This document shows positions 16,098 through 31,600 of a DNA stretch of 64,000 bases, piece by piece. The DNA is from the human T2T-CHM13v2.0 reference genome, Homo sapiens. The position numbers were made by a program, and so were the translations under genes. Every line of letters begins with the position of its first letter. Position 1 is the stretch's first letter. The stretch lies in the NCBI RefSeq assembly GCF_009914755.1, contig NC_060928.1; one strand, written 5' to 3'. The notes beneath the pieces were generated by a model. That model saw nothing but the letters and a program-made list of their open reading frames with translations. It was not told the DNA's origin and did not search any database.

Positions 16098-17075
16098 TGA
16101 TTATGAAAGTAACATATACTTCTTATAAAAATGGAAATTCATAAAATATAAGTATAAATTACTTGACATGCCAACTAAACTGAGGAAAAGCTAACATTTC
16201 TAGATTTATTCTTTCTGCTCTTTTTTTCCTGCATGCCCACCGTTTTACAAATCATGGAATCATACCATTCATGTGGATTTGTAACCTGCTTTATAGTTTC
16301 ACAAACTGTATGAAAAACTCATTTAACTCTGGCTTCTGGTTAGGGGAGCTTACTGAAGGAAGACGGCTAGGAATTATTGCTTTATATTTTTAGCAGTTTA
16401 CTTGATCTAGAGATTATTCATTATGGCTCCAAATTATTATATGAGTAAAGGCCAATTCTAAAAAAAAAAAGTGACTTGAACACAATGGTTTCCCACTTTA
16501 CTTTTTTAACTTTTAGAAATTATAAGTGTAATGTAAATTGATGAAAAAAATAGAACAAAGGATATAAACTCAAAAATAAAAGAATGCCTCTCACTACTGT
16601 CCCCTTCTCCCAATCCCTGTCCTTTCCACTTGTCAGTGGTAATCACCAGTCACAGTTTAAGAAATTATCCATGCATATACAAGCTATTATGTACACATAA
16701 ATGTACTGCCTCTTTTTTAAAACATAATGGGATCATGTCACGCATGTTGTCAGCAGCCAGTGTTTCCTTTTTTTATCTAACAATATGTCTTGGGCATTTT
16801 TTCAAAGAGATTCCTACAGATCTCCTTCATTCTTTTTTAATGGCTGTGGAGTTTCCCACTGAATATTCATGGTTTATTGAAAATGGTTTCCTACCTATGT
16901 GCATTTAGTTTGTTTTCAGGTCTTTATGCTGCAAAGTGTATTTTTGTCCATATCCCTTAAAGTTACTTGTTCAAGTCTATTTGTAGATTAAATTCCTAGA
17001 ACGAGACATTGACGTCCAGCTCACAAACTAACATGGAGTGTTATACTTCTCTGCAACCAAGAGAACTCATTTCGC

Positions 17076-17374
<299 letters not shown>

Positions 17375-17960
17375 CCTCATTTCTGGTTTATATTTTTAAT
17401 AGAGTATTTCATGTAAGTATTACATTATGTAAGCCTCACCATGGCTCACAGTAGACACAGAGAAGGAGATTGGGAGATGGAATGCAAAAGCACTTGAGAG
17501 TGTAGGAAGCTAAGGACAGAAATGGCTATGTACATGTGGTGATTTCCAAATGTAAGGTCTGTCTCTGTTGTTTCTCGTAGGGGTGAGGAGGTCTACAACT
17601 AGGGAGGTGTGCAGCTTGACAGCTGTAGAATGTTGTTTCTCTCTTCATGTGCAAGACCTTGGAAGTGCCAGGAGATTTGTGGGACATGTTTCCCAAGCAA
17701 GAGGGAAAAACCACGCACAATTTTTTAATCATTTAAAAGAAATACAGATATATCCTTTTCATGGGCTGCCCAAACTCCTTAGTGATTTAGGCCTGAATTT
17801 AAATCTGTCTCATACACAGTTTACCATAAGTATTGATGAGAGACTCCAATGTGAACTTTTGCCTGATTGGGATCAAAATATAAAACTGGCCATCGCTAAA
17901 ATAATTTATACTTGAAAAGAAGCTCATTTGATAAAAAAGGTTCTTTAAAACATCTGTTAG

Positions 17961-18307
<347 letters not shown>

Positions 18308-18542
18308 AACTCCAAGCTTTTTAATATGAGACTAATGACAGAGGGAATTTTTATGACTGGGAGATTTATTATCACATGAGAAAATCAGTCTTCAGTTTTC
18401 ATGTTGAGTATTGGACTCTCACATCAAACCATCTAAAGTCTTCTTGTGCCTCCATCTCCCACTCTCTGCTTCCAGAAATGCCTTAACGTTTCTTTAGTGG
18501 TTGGCAATCAGCTCGGCATCTAAGGTGAAAAAACGAATATAG

Positions 18543-18905
<363 letters not shown>

Positions 18906-18943
18906 TAAACCATTTTATTCTAAAAGGAGAGTTACTTCATGGG

Positions 18944-19620
18944 ACAGTCGTCCCCTCCTCTGTGGTTTTGCTTTCTAAGATTTCCATTACCCACGGTCAA
19001 CTGCGGTGTGAAAATATTAAATGGAAAATTCCACAAATAAACATTTCATAAGTTAAAAAAAATTGCGTGTTGTTCTAAGTTGATGAAATCTCTTGCCATC
19101 CCATTCTGTCCTACCTGGGACGTGAGTCACCCCTTTGTCCGGCATTCCATTAAACGCCCATTAGTCACTGACATCCTCTGCTCCTGACATCTATCAACAT
19201 TATCATGGCTCCACGATCCAGGATCACCAAAAGCAGATGATCCTTCTTCTGACACAGTGTCAGAAGGTCAGTAGCAGCCTCACAGTACGTCACAGCAGCT
19301 GTCATTCACCTCACTTCATCTCATCATGTAGACATTTCATCATCTCACATCAGCACGGGAAGAGTGAGTATAGTGCAAGAAGATCTTTTGAGAGAAGGAC
19401 CACATTCACATAACTTTTATTATAGTATGTTGTTATTAAATTGTTCTATTTCATTATTATTGTTAATCTCTTGCTGTGCCTAATTTATAAATTAAACTTT
19501 ATCATAGGTATGTGTGTATAAGAAAAAACATAGTATTTCCAGGGTTTGGTACCATCTGTGTTTTCAGGCCTCCACTAGGGGTCCGGGAATGTATCCCCTG
19601 AGGATGAGTGGGGACTAATG
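18944..19620 (+). mobile_element. MER44 (Tigger7-derived) DNA transposon fossil
   Basis: cagtcgtcccc...ggtcaactgcgg..gaaaatattaaatggaaaattcc start and gggactaatg inverted end. Confidence 0.8.
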
Positions 19621-20105
19621 CAGTGTGAGCACCGCATTAGGTAGAGACCAATTCTATTTATAAAAGGCTTTATTGTACATTTTATTTTTGCAAGTGGATC
19701 CATTTTAACCTGTGGCAAAAACAGACCCGTATTATAATCAGTCTTACGAGTGCATGTGCATCAGTCAAAGTTTAGATTTTATCCTGATGACAACAGGAAG
19801 CCCCCCTTGCCGGCAGTGGCCTGATGAGATCTGCAGTCTAGAAAGATAGTCGGACTGCAGGATGGACAGCAGGGATTTGAGGGGGTGACACTGGAGACAG
19901 GAAGACCAGCCAGAGGCCACTGTAATCCAGAGAACTAGTGATGAAGACTAGAATAAAAGTTACTGCAGTTAGGGTTAGGAGAGATCTAGGAGGAGGGATC
20001 GATGTAGAAGGACATGGTAACTGAATGGAAGTGGAGGGTGAAGAAGAGGTAATAATGAAAGATGGTGCAGCAGATAGTGTTGTTCCTCATGTCCCTCCCC
20101 AGTTA

Positions 20106-20331
20106 CAGGTTGAGCCTCCCAAATCCGGAAACCCCAAATCCGAAATGCTCAGAATTCGAAGCTTTTTGAGCACCAGCATCATGCTCAAAGGAAATGCTCT
20201 CAGATTTTTGAATTTGGGATGCTCATCCAGTAAGTATCATGAAAATTATCTATCTATCTAGATATAAAAAAATCTAAAATCTGAAATACTCTTCTGATCC
20301 CAAACACTTTGGATAAGGGATACTCAACCTG
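20106..20331 (+). mobile_element. Tigger4a/MER46A-like MITE
   Basis: TIRs CAGGTTGAG...CTCAACCTG with TA on both sides. Confidence 0.85.
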
Positions 20332-20685
20332 TATCACTTTTCCTTCACGGCTTCAATGCCTTACTTCCCACCACCAGTACCTGCATGTATTTCCTATGTG
20401 CTTTCTCTGGCCACTGAAACCTGGTTGGCCCACATGTATGGTAGACCAGAGATTGGGGGAATTAAGTCTCCTGGGAGCAGCTTTAACTGATGACTGGCTG
20501 CATACACATCCCAGCTGTCTCACTCTTGAGGTAGGAAACTCTGAAGTGTGTATCCTACATTGTGTCCCAGAGGTCCCCAGGGAAATTAATCTCCAGTTGG
20601 CCACATTGGTAACCTGTTTGGCTGCTTTCCTTTGCTTGGCTCATTTTTCCATCTTGCTACCAGTGTTTCCTGGTCTCACCTCCTA

Positions 20686-21048
<363 letters not shown>

Positions 21049-22124
21049 ATTGCACCCAAATTTGTCTCACAATCCGCTTCTGGGGAAATCCAAACAAATG
21101 GTGTCCAAACTTATGGTGTGTGCCATGGTGGGTGATGATTATGATGCCATCTATTAAGACAGAAAAATAGGAGAGGAGGGTTTTAATTCACTGATTGATG
21201 TTTTTGGAGGAGTGGTATGAAGAAAGTGGGAGGCAGGGGAAATGACATCTTCAGTTTGAAGCCCTTTGGACTGAAAGAGCTCCAGGGACCTTGATGTGGG
21301 ATGTCTGAATGGAACTTCTGGGGATGGTGTGGTGAACCTCATATCATGCGAATGCAAACACTGGCCACACTTTTGCATTTCTAGTGAACATCTTTTGTTT
21401 CTGAATGATAAAGTGAAAATAGAAAAGCTAAGTATCTTGCTAAGAGACACAATGAATGAGAGAGAATAGCAGAAAATGAAAAATGAAGTCCTGGACCATC
21501 ATTCCTATCACTACATCAGGAGACAGCCATGGTGTGATGTGGGAGTGTCTTCTTTACCACAGAGAGGCACTCATTTGGCCTAGGTAAGAGAATACAGAAT
21601 AGATTTGTTTGAATGAAAATAGATGGTCTAGTTTATGAGTGGAATTACTTTTCTTTTTTCTATCCTGGTTACCAGAGGGCAGTTGCTGCCCTGAAAAGAA
21701 ATAAACACAAAGAAGAAATTGCATGAAATGAGAATATGTATTTTTGATAGCAAAGGAATGGAAGAACATATTGTATATACAGAAAAGGCCTTGTAGATTG
21801 AATTAGCCAGTCCCAAACTGAAGCCAGGGTCACTGCATTGCAATTTTCAAACAAATACTCTCCATCATCCATTACACATACTCAAGAATTTGGCCTTTTA
21901 TAGCACTATTCATTCTCGAGGCATCTAAATAGTCTTTGCAAAAGTAAAAAAGCAACCACAGGCACTGCTGAGGCCTTATAAAGGGTGTTTGGAATATTAT
22001 GTGAGCACATATAAATTTGATAAATTTGCTCTGTTCAGAGGAAGAAACCAGGCCAAGGCCAAAGTGGCCACAGCCCTGGGGATAACCTATACTTGAGAAA
22101 CAAAGTCCTCAAATGGAATTTGGA

Positions 22125-22247
22125 TTTTGTTGAGATGGGGTCTTGCTATGCTGTCCAGGCTGGTCTCAAACTCCTGGGCTCAACTGATCCTCCCACCCCA
22201 GCCTCCTGAATAGCTGGGATTATAGGTGTGGGCCACCACATTTGACT
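22125..22247 (-). mobile_element. FLAM (free left Alu monomer)
   Basis: Single reverse Alu monomer. Confidence 0.8.
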
Positions 22248-23448
22248 TGGATCTGGGTTTTATAAGGGCTTTCGGATGTTACCATTTCCCACAAAGCACA
22301 AACATGAAAGTGTTGATAATTATTTTTAATACCAAGTGACTCAACCTATCTGGGCAGACTCAAACCATATGGGCAGAGATAAAGGGGCGTGGCCACACAA
22401 TCACAGTTGTTTCTTTATCTTTGTGGCTTTCTACAGATTCTTCAGGTAAGGCATCTAAACAGGATACACATTTCTCCTTTAGAAAGGTTACCACCCTTAA
22501 AAAAGTATGCGTGTACTTTAGTGTGTGAACCTATAAATGCTGGTCTATAGGGGCTGACAACTTAATTTAATTAGTTAATTACTGAGAAGAGCTAACTCAG
22601 ACACATAGCTGACAGTGCCTAATGAAAGATCTTTCTCTACAACTAGTTTCTAATAGAGTCAACAGCTCCCCTTTGAAATACACCTATACTCTAAGACCAA
22701 ACTAGGCTGGTGGGGGACAGATGGGGCTAACAAGGAGCACACAATCCTTAGCCTCAAGTAACATTGTCTGGATCAAGAAAATCCATAACTACGAAACTTT
22801 CTCCCTCTAGTAAACAGCTGCACAGACTATAGCTTATCTCCTGCAAGTACATCAAAGAAGTGCCATAAGCAGTGTGGAATAGTTTTTGGATTTGAAATGC
22901 AACAGGAGAAGATATATCAACCTACATGTCATTAGTTTAGGGCAACCAGTTTGTGTTACAAATAGAAATGTTCCTGCAAACTAGAAGTGGCATAATTGAA
23001 AAACTGTTGTCATCATTATCACTGTCATAGTCTGAAGCAAATGTGCACTCCTATTAGCCTGAAGGTGTCCACTTGGCATCTAGACCTACCTATTTGTAAA
23101 TAAGCAATTAGCCTTGACAAATGCAGAAATACTATCATAAGTATGCAGCTTGATGAATTTTCACAAAATTACCTATATACATAATGAGTAATCAGATAAA
23201 GAAAGAGAATGCCCCAGCTTCCTAAAAGCCCTTCTCATCCCCATCCCAGTCACTACCTCTCCCCAGTACTGTGTCTTTCAAGAACTACTTATGGTGACTT
23301 TTCCCTTTCCCAACTTTCACTGTAGGTGGGAGAATTTTAGCAGTAAAGCCCCTAGACTAGACTGATTTTCTCCTGTGCTAGCATATAGTTTTGGCCCTAG
23401 AAAGAAAATGAAGGAGTCTGGGCTAAAATTACAGTGCCATAACAGATG

Positions 23449-23778
23449 TGTATTAGTCTATTTTCACACTGCTATAAAAATACTACCAGAGACTGGGTAA
23501 TTTACGAAGAAAAGAGGTTAGTTGACTCACATCTCTGCATGGCTGGGGAGGCCTCAAGAAGCAGAATCATGGCGGAAAGGGAAGCAGGCACATCTTATAT
23601 GGAGGCAGACAAGGGTGAGTGAATGAAGGAGGAACTGCCGAACACTTAAAACCATCAGCTCTCGTGAGAACTCACTATCACGACAACAGCATGGGAGAAA
23701 CCATCACCATGATCTAAACACACGGAGATTATAATTCAAGATGAGATTTGGATGGGGACACAGAGCTAAACCATATCA
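23449..23778 (-). mobile_element. MST/THE1-type MaLR solo LTR (MSTA-like, internally deleted)
   Basis: TGTATTAGTC...AAACCATATCA and 5-bp TSD AGATG on both sides. Confidence 0.9.
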
Positions 23779-24349
23779 AGATGACAGAACTTTTAATACA
23801 GGGGATGTGCAAGGAGCTTGTAGACCTTCTCATCTCTTTCTATAGGAAACTGGGCTAGGACCAAACCCAAGTTCTCCTGATTCCCAGTCTAGAAATGTTT
23901 CTTCTATGCTGCTGACCAGATCATCACTAAACTCAGCAATACATATTTTATCTAACTGAGAGTTTTAACACAGCTTCATAAAACCATTTCTATGAACCAG
24001 ATGATCCATTAAAAACTACTGACATCCTAACTGAAAGAAATGTTCCAAGTGACTATGATATTACTAGATATCAAAGCATTAAAGGAAGAGAGGAAAGATA
24101 GAAATAGAAGAGAATACAATTAGAATTCTGTTAATCAACAGTAAGTAATTATAAATTATTTCAAGTATCTTACTTAAAGGACTAATTTTTATTTCTAGCT
24201 AAAAGAAGACGGTGCATCAGTAATACTTAAAATGCCAACAGCTGCGGTAAATGTGGGCAACACTGGGAGGTGTGTTCCTTTTGGTCAGTGTCTGGTGACA
24301 TATTATCTGACTTAGCAGGCAGCAAGATAGGGCAGAAAGAGAGAAAATG

Positions 24350-24530
24350 TGCTGTGCAGTTCTGGGTCTGAATTCCTGTGCTGCCCCTCCTCAACTGTAT
24401 GACTTTGAACAAGTTATTAAATCTCTCTACACCTCCAGGTAGTAATTTGTAAATTGTGGATAATTCCTATGTCTCAATGAGTTGTTTCCAGAATTAAAAA
24501 TGAGATGACATATGTCCTGTGCCTGACAAT
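24350..24530 (+). mobile_element. MIR remnant
   Basis: ctgggtctgaattcctg...tgactttgaacaagttattaaatctctct core. Confidence 0.65.
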
Positions 24531-27059
24531 TTAATAGATCCTTGAAAACTGCTAGCTTCTTTCTCTGTACAAAATGAATTTGTCTCATCACAAAGGAGCT
24601 CAAGTTACAAAACGATATACACTAACATCCAATGTTCTATTGTTTATCTATGACTTTGTCTAAATTGAAAAAGAATCTGCTGTGTTTGAGAATGGACTGA
24701 AGAAAATAGTTTGCTATAATATAATCCAAGATAGATTTATACGTGTGTCTCTCTCTCGAGGCCTGAGTTGGGAAGTCTTAACACAAAGGAAGGTGACATG
24801 CACACATTGAGACGTATCTTTTTAAGCCAACGGTCTTAAAGAGGTCATTCACTTCTGACCAGGGGTGTGTCAGGCTGAGAGCTAGTTGCAGGTGGCATTC
24901 TAATGCAAGGCATCATTTATTCAGATTTCAGGAAAGTATATGACACAGTATATTAGATTGATAGGCAGACCAGAGAAGGGAAAATGGATCAAGAACAAGA
25001 CTGAGGACAAGGCAGGCAATTCCAAACCAGCCTTTTGATTGAACATCAAATTCTGACTGGCATAGCAGGTCCTGAAAGAAACTAAAACTTCCCCCTGCCT
25101 ACCAAAAAAAGCTTGTTTTTGTGAGGGGTGCTGATGTTCATCTTTTCTTGTTTGTACATTATAAATAAAACCAACAACGTGAGTTTTTTTTTTTTTAAAT
25201 GCAAGTTAGGGGAAATAATGAGGGAAGGGATTGATGAATATAATTGCAGATGTGCTTTACATTATCTCACTCCAGGCTGCATCTGAAATAACACACGGAA
25301 GCATCGGGGACTCCAAACACTCGGAGAGAATTCCACGGAGACCCACATTTTCCTTCACACCCGCCCTGGTTGTGTTTTTGTTTTTTGGCTTAATACAGAG
25401 CAAACATACTGTGACTTCAAATCATAATAACACAGAATGGAAGCTCCACGTTGTTTAAAAGCAGTACTGGGATATAAATTCTTCTCTTAACAGCCTTTGC
25501 TTACAGCAAGATGATGGGAAACAGGGACAGCTGCAGGTACAATGGCAATGGGTCTGCTTTTAATACAGAATCACCCACATGCCCTGAAAATCACCTGACC
25601 TCGGAATCTTTCTTCTATTGATGTAAATCTTGCACAAAGTGAAACAACTATAAATTAAATAAAGTACATTAAATTTCACGTAGTCTGTAATTTCTATCTC
25701 CCCCATGATAGGAAAGCTCTTTTATTTCTTTTGTAAAGTCACCAGCAGCAACATCACCACCCAGGGTACATTCAGTAATCTATTTATGGCTCTAAGGATA
25801 TTCTGTCCCCACATCCCTCCCGCAGAAGGTGACAGCAGTTTTTAACTCATCATTTTATTAAAGATTCCTGATGCTACCTCTGCCTAAGACATTCGCAGCA
25901 AGTGAAAATGTTAGGTCTTGGCTAACATGAGCATTCTTTAGTTCTCAGGAAAGTCAGTCTAGAAATACTGGCAACAACCGCAGCCAGGACACCGTGAAGC
26001 TCTGTGTTTATTCTGTTTCTCTGGGACGGTGGCAGCTGTGAGTTTCAGATGCCATCTGCCGAAGGCAAATGCCTAGTTAACTGTGCTATTCTCGATCTCT
26101 TCACAGTCCACAGTTCTACCAACCTCTCTCTACTTTGCAATCCCCCTCACTGCTGGCTTCCTTCTCCAACAGGCCTGAAACACAAGCACAACACACTGAA
26201 GCTACCATGGATCCCCTTGGCCCAGCAGCTGTTACACCCTAAATGATATTCTCTTCTAGCACTTCCTTACCCTGTGGTCTTAATCTGAAGGCATCTGGAC
26301 TCTTCTTCCTATTGGTAGAAGGTACATAACTATATACCAATGTTGTATATATTGTTGAAATAATGCTATGTATTTTCAGCATTTGCAAGGGAAATGGAAC
26401 TAGGCACATTATATCTCATTAATTATGGTCTCTACTAATTGGGAATCTGAGAGAGTTCTCTGGGCTGACATTTATTTTTGCATTATCTGCTGAACAAAGA
26501 CGTTTGCTAAGTAAATAAAAGGTAGAAAGTTTTTTAATGGTAGTGTTTAAACTACCTAAGAGAAGATTTCTAAAGATTCTGAGGCTTTCATTTGTACACT
26601 AACAACAAATTATTTTCTACCTAGTCACTAAAGCCAGCTGTCTCCTTTCTGGCTTCCCTATTTCTGCACAGCCACTATCATTTCCTAATTCAACGTGCTT
26701 ATTAGCAAAGCTAACCAGTCTCCAACCAGCCAACTCATCCTCTGTCTGCTTTTCCCACCCCACTCCTCTTTTTCTCTCTAACTCAGGCCCTCATTAATAA
26801 AGCTGCCCTAGAACTAGAGGATCCCAGCTAGGCTCCTGTCATTTGCCCCCAATCCTCTCCAATGATTCACTAATCTGCTGCCGGATTGGTCTTTCAAAAA
26901 TTTCTTTTCATTTTTTCCTTTCACACTCCAATCTTATTATCCCAGATGAAATGTTCTATAAGAACCCATGACTCTTATACTCCAGAACTTTAAGATCCTC
27001 AACTGTAGCTTCAGTGTTCTTGCTCCCAGCACTGCATTTAGCAGATTACTAAAATAAAT

Positions 27060-27378
27060 GTAGATTCATAATATTTATCTGAACTCCCTGGGGCCAGATG
27101 TAATTTGGCATTCATACTTCTTTCTCATTTTAGGATCACAATATGGTGCATAAAACCTATTTTATGTAACAGCCCAGTGGACCTGAAGCAACACTTCATA
27201 GTCAAGTACATTCATAGTTCTTCAACAAAATGTATAAATTTCACCCCTTGTTGTAATAAATAAAGACAATAAATAAATAGCCTCCCATTAGGTTTTGCCA
27301 CAAAATATTTATTCAAAAAAATTTTGGTGGGTGGGGTTTTTTGGATTTCAGAATTGTGATTAAGAGATTGAGAATGTA
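27060..27378 (-). mobile_element. MER46C-like Tigger fossil
   Basis: ttatctgaactccctggggccaga start and ttggatttcagaattgtgattaagagattg end. Confidence 0.5.
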
Positions 27379-29499
27379 TAGTAGGTATATTTATCCATGG
27401 CCATTTATCACTGTCCAGACTTGAAAGAAGTTAAGTTTTCTTTAAAAGTCTCCACACCGTTAACTTTGATTAATTCAGGCTGTTCTCCTCCACAATTAGT
27501 CCAAATTATTGAGGCCTTCCTTACAAAACTGTCTTCAGATTATGAGAACTTCATGACCACAAGGTTGTCCCTATCATTTTAAATTTTTTTCTAATTTTAA
27601 CTCCATTCCCAAAGCATTTTCACCTTGCTTATTAAAACAAAAAAAGTCTTTTTTTTTTAGCTGCTTATTTTAACAAAATGTAAATGTAGTCATTTTGCTT
27701 TTCTCTACCTAAAGAAAGGTTTTGGTGAAGTAGGGTAGATTGATTATCTTTCAGCAGGGCGAATTTACATTTTAAAAATCTCAGTTATGCTGACCTTCTC
27801 CCCCAAATAAGAGTTAAGCTTTTAAAGTGTGAGTTCATCTAATGTCTAACGTAAGTTTATCAAGCAAATCACGGAAAACCCCCCGATGCACAGTTAAGCA
27901 TATAATGAAATCACTCTTTAGGTCAAGTTTTAACTTGACCAATAAACCCTGCTTTAAATACTGCCAAGCCAAACATAAAGCCAGCAGTGCAAGGTTTGTA
28001 TATATATCATGGGATGCTGGCCGTATGGGTCACAGCATTCTGACAGGCAATTCCTGGGCAGTTATTTTGACATTAGAAAGTCACAATCCATCAACTTAAC
28101 AGCAGGGCAATAATTTTGGGACCAGGGAGATGGCTATTCAAAATGACACTGTGGGAAGTAAACAGTAGTTCCAAGAACCCCTGTTTGAGTATGAAGACAT
28201 AAACTAGACAAAATTTCTTTCCACCTCTAGAACCAGCCATTATGTAATGTGTTTTTGTGTAAGCACATTATTTCTGGTGTTTGAATAGAAAAGCCCTGCC
28301 TGCAAAGCTAAAAAGCATGCAGGTATCTGGATTCTTTGGCTGAATGTGGGGAGATGAGAAGAAATGGAACTACCCTTATGAGACTCAAGAATGACAAAGA
28401 GTTGCCTTCCCCACCCCCACCCTCCACCCCAGTTTGTCACAAACTATTTCCAATGACCTGTGATACCCGAGGCCAATATTTCAGATGTCACTGCATTCTT
28501 TCTGCATTGCAAATTAATTAGTTCTCCAGTGCCCTGTAAAACAGGGCTCCTTGAGTATGTGGAGGAGACTTGGACTTTATTTTTGAAGAGGCTGCGGGGC
28601 CAACAACCCTGCTGTGAGTACTGCCCTGCACACAGGTGGCCACGGTTTCCTGGACAAATGAATGTGGATGGAGGCTACCGAGTGCTGCTGAGATCCTCTC
28701 CACAGCTGGGAGGGAAGGTAGCAACTGGCAGAAGTTTCCTGGCTGCTAGATTGGTGGTGGGCGGGGTGGGTATGGGTAGGGAGTATGAACTAGAGTGCAG
28801 CGGTTCTCAGATGTTCTCATTTCCCAATAACTCTGAGAACACACACATAAGCCCTCCAGGATGGCCATGCTGTGGATAAGGAACAGTAAGCACATCCTTC
28901 CTTCTACCCAGGAAAGGAGAAATGAAAAAAGGAAGAACGGATAAAAAATGATGTACTGATGGCTGAGATGGCAAAACAGAGCACTGGATGGATATATGTA
29001 GATACTATGGCCAAGAAGAGAGACAAAATCTGGGTGGCAAGGTTTCCTCAGTGAGCTGTCTCGTTTCCATGCAAACTGAGGTGGTCTTTGTGGTGGCCCA
29101 CACCCCCTGGGGTCATGACCTGCCCTACTGGGGACTAGCACTCTTCGCCACTGCCCTCCCCTATATTCCTGGCTGCCGGCCTGAAATACAACATGTAAAG
29201 CAAATTATTTTCAGGTTATACTTCATTATTTTAAAGAAAAAGAAATTCATTATGTGGGTGAAATATCAGCAGGTAAAGAACAATAAGCTCTTAAAGCAAA
29301 GATGAAGAGGCTTATTACTGTAAACATTTTATTTTAATAAACTTTTGTAGCTTAAATTGAGTTTCTCCTTCTTTTCTAAAACCTAACCTTATATGAATAA
29401 CTACATCCGTAAGCTGAAAGTATCTGAAAATTCACACATTTCAGAAAAGTAATTCTTAAGCAATCAACAGTAGAAGCAAAGCCAACAATGTTTCCATAC

Positions 29500-29603
29500 C
29501 TGGAGCTGATATTCTTCCGTGCAGCACGGAGTCACTGGGCAGCAGTTCTTTTGAATTGGAGGTGAATGGTGATTGTCTAAATGTGTCTTCTGAAAAGAAA
29601 GGG
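29500..29603 (-). CDS. ZNF827: ZNF827 internal coding exon, 104 nt, phase 2-1: (S)PFFSEDTFRQSPFTSNSKELLPSDSVLHGRISAP
   Basis: Branch-like tactaaac, C-rich tract and acceptor ctcccccaccccag|CCCTTTC, donor CCAG|gtatgg. 1 nt + 34 codons + 1 nt with no stops, continuing the ZNF827 peptide. Confidence 0.9.
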
Positions 29604-31189
29604 CTGGGGTGGGGGAGGGGGAGTGAAGTTTAGTAAATTAAAGTTATTTAAGACACCCAGAGCACCTGGTCCCAAATACATATATACGCAATATTAGATA
29701 AGGTGTTGCTGTTTGCAACGGTGTTTAGTGAATATAAGAAGATTGTGCTTAAAATGGAGAAAAAGAAAAGTCATTACATCAGACAAGTGCCAGCTGTACC
29801 TTCTGCCTATGGGTTTTATATTTGGGGGGAATAAATGAAACATCATATTTGAAACACTGTTAAACCCGTAGAGGAGGACAGCTGTGCAGTACATTTTCCT
29901 CTTGCTCTATTCTTTCTGTGTGTTGTGCCCTGCCTGGGTCAGAATCAGAAAGGGCCTGTCTGTGGTTTTCCCGGTAGAGATGGAATTGCCCTGGCTCACC
30001 CATATTCTGTCACCTGATCCCTCAGGGACCCACTACACACATCAAGACAGATGGCTGGGGCCAGGGACCAATACACTGAAGGAAACATGTCACTGGTCCC
30101 CACAGAAACGAAAACTGCAACTTGAAATTGTGTTGGTTCTGATGGAGTTAAAGTCAGAAAACGGGGCTGCCAGAAGGGACCCCAGGGAGCTCCCTCATTT
30201 AACATGAAAGAGAGGCCCTGACCTGAGTGATCCTAAGGTCCCCTAGTGACTCAGCTAGAACTAGAACTAGGGTCACCAGACATCCTGCCAGGGTTCCCTC
30301 TAAAACCATGACCACAGTGAACACAAAGGATTGAATGTTTTTAATTAGAGAACTCTAACTCGGTCACAGGGTCCATCTTCCAGGCCTCTAAAATAAAATG
30401 TGAATAAGTACTGCGATCACATATAAGAATACTGGAGTATCCATCAGTGTCCAACCTAGAAAATGGAAAGCCCTATTTATTTACAACAGACGAAATTCAA
30501 CCATAGGAACTGGGTACCCAGACAGTGGAAGTTCCAGGGGGTAGTAACACAGCCCAGAGATAGGAAGGGCAGGAAGCCATTGCCACCCTGAGGCTGGAGG
30601 GACAAAAGGAGGAGATAAATGGAGCCCAGGTCATGGGAGCCGAAGCACCAGAGGAGATGCAGCTGCCATGGGAGACAGAGAGGGAGTGGTAGAATACCCA
30701 GGCTCTACCTTAATCCCCTCCCCCTACCTCTCACCAGTGCCTCTGATTGGCTGAACCTTCCGGAAGGCAGGGAAACGCAGCCAGGAGGGATCACTACCCC
30801 CCACCACTCCCCTGGGCAAAACAGCAGATCTGGAGCAGAACAACAGACCAAGCCTAGGACTCCCAGGACTAGCGCTGCTTTGCTAAACATGCCACAAGGC
30901 TATGGTTGCTATTATTCAATTTTAAAAAGAGAATGTTAAGATGAAAATGGAAGACACTTTCTTTAAAGTAAAACATACATTAATAGATAATATAGTTTTA
31001 CATGACTGTGTTAGGCTAGATTTAACACAACTTTGTATGCCATGGTTTTTCTTTGTATCTTAAACACAAAACAATTTAAACAGGCTTAAAAAGTGAACAC
31101 TGGCTATAGGCTAGTAGGAGGCAGGAATTGGGGAGAAGCGAAGGGGCAGATATGTCGCTTTCTACCAAACATCTCATAACCTGCAAGGG

Positions 31190-31600
31190 TGGCTAAGGCC
31201 GTGAAGGAGGGGACACAGTGTGACCACGGGGCCTGGCCAGGGAGCCCAGGAAGGGCCTTCCTGCAAAAGCCACCATGGGCGGGATGGACAGTAGGGTCAT
31301 TAGGGTTTCAAGGAGCTGGGGAAGGCGGCCCCAGCACTGTGAGAAAGCCTGCAGAGCTGGAGGAAGGCCCATGGTAGAGGCAAATGAGTCTGGACCCTGT
31401 GTGCAGTGATCATGGCTTTGTCCCAACAGTAGTGAGGGCACTGCAGTGTCTTAAGTAAGGGGGTCAGGGAACTGGACTTCAGTTTCAGAAAGCTCCATGT
31501 GGCTGCAGCAGGCAGTGCGGCCTGGGGGACTTGCAGAAGACAAGGCGTGTAGCCAGTGCAGCAGTCCAGATGGGACGTGGTGATGCTGGTGGCCAATGTC
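31190..31600 (-). mobile_element. L2 remnant
   Basis: ccagcactgtgagaaagcc...ggcactgcagtgtcttaagtaaggg...gctccatgtggctgcag resembles the L2 reverse complement. Confidence 0.5.

Noticed and set aside
26173-26321. Possible + strand exon (cttccttctccaacag|...gaag|gtacat)
   Set aside because: Splice-like pairs are common by chance, the donor is weak, and no promoter or partner exon is identifiable.
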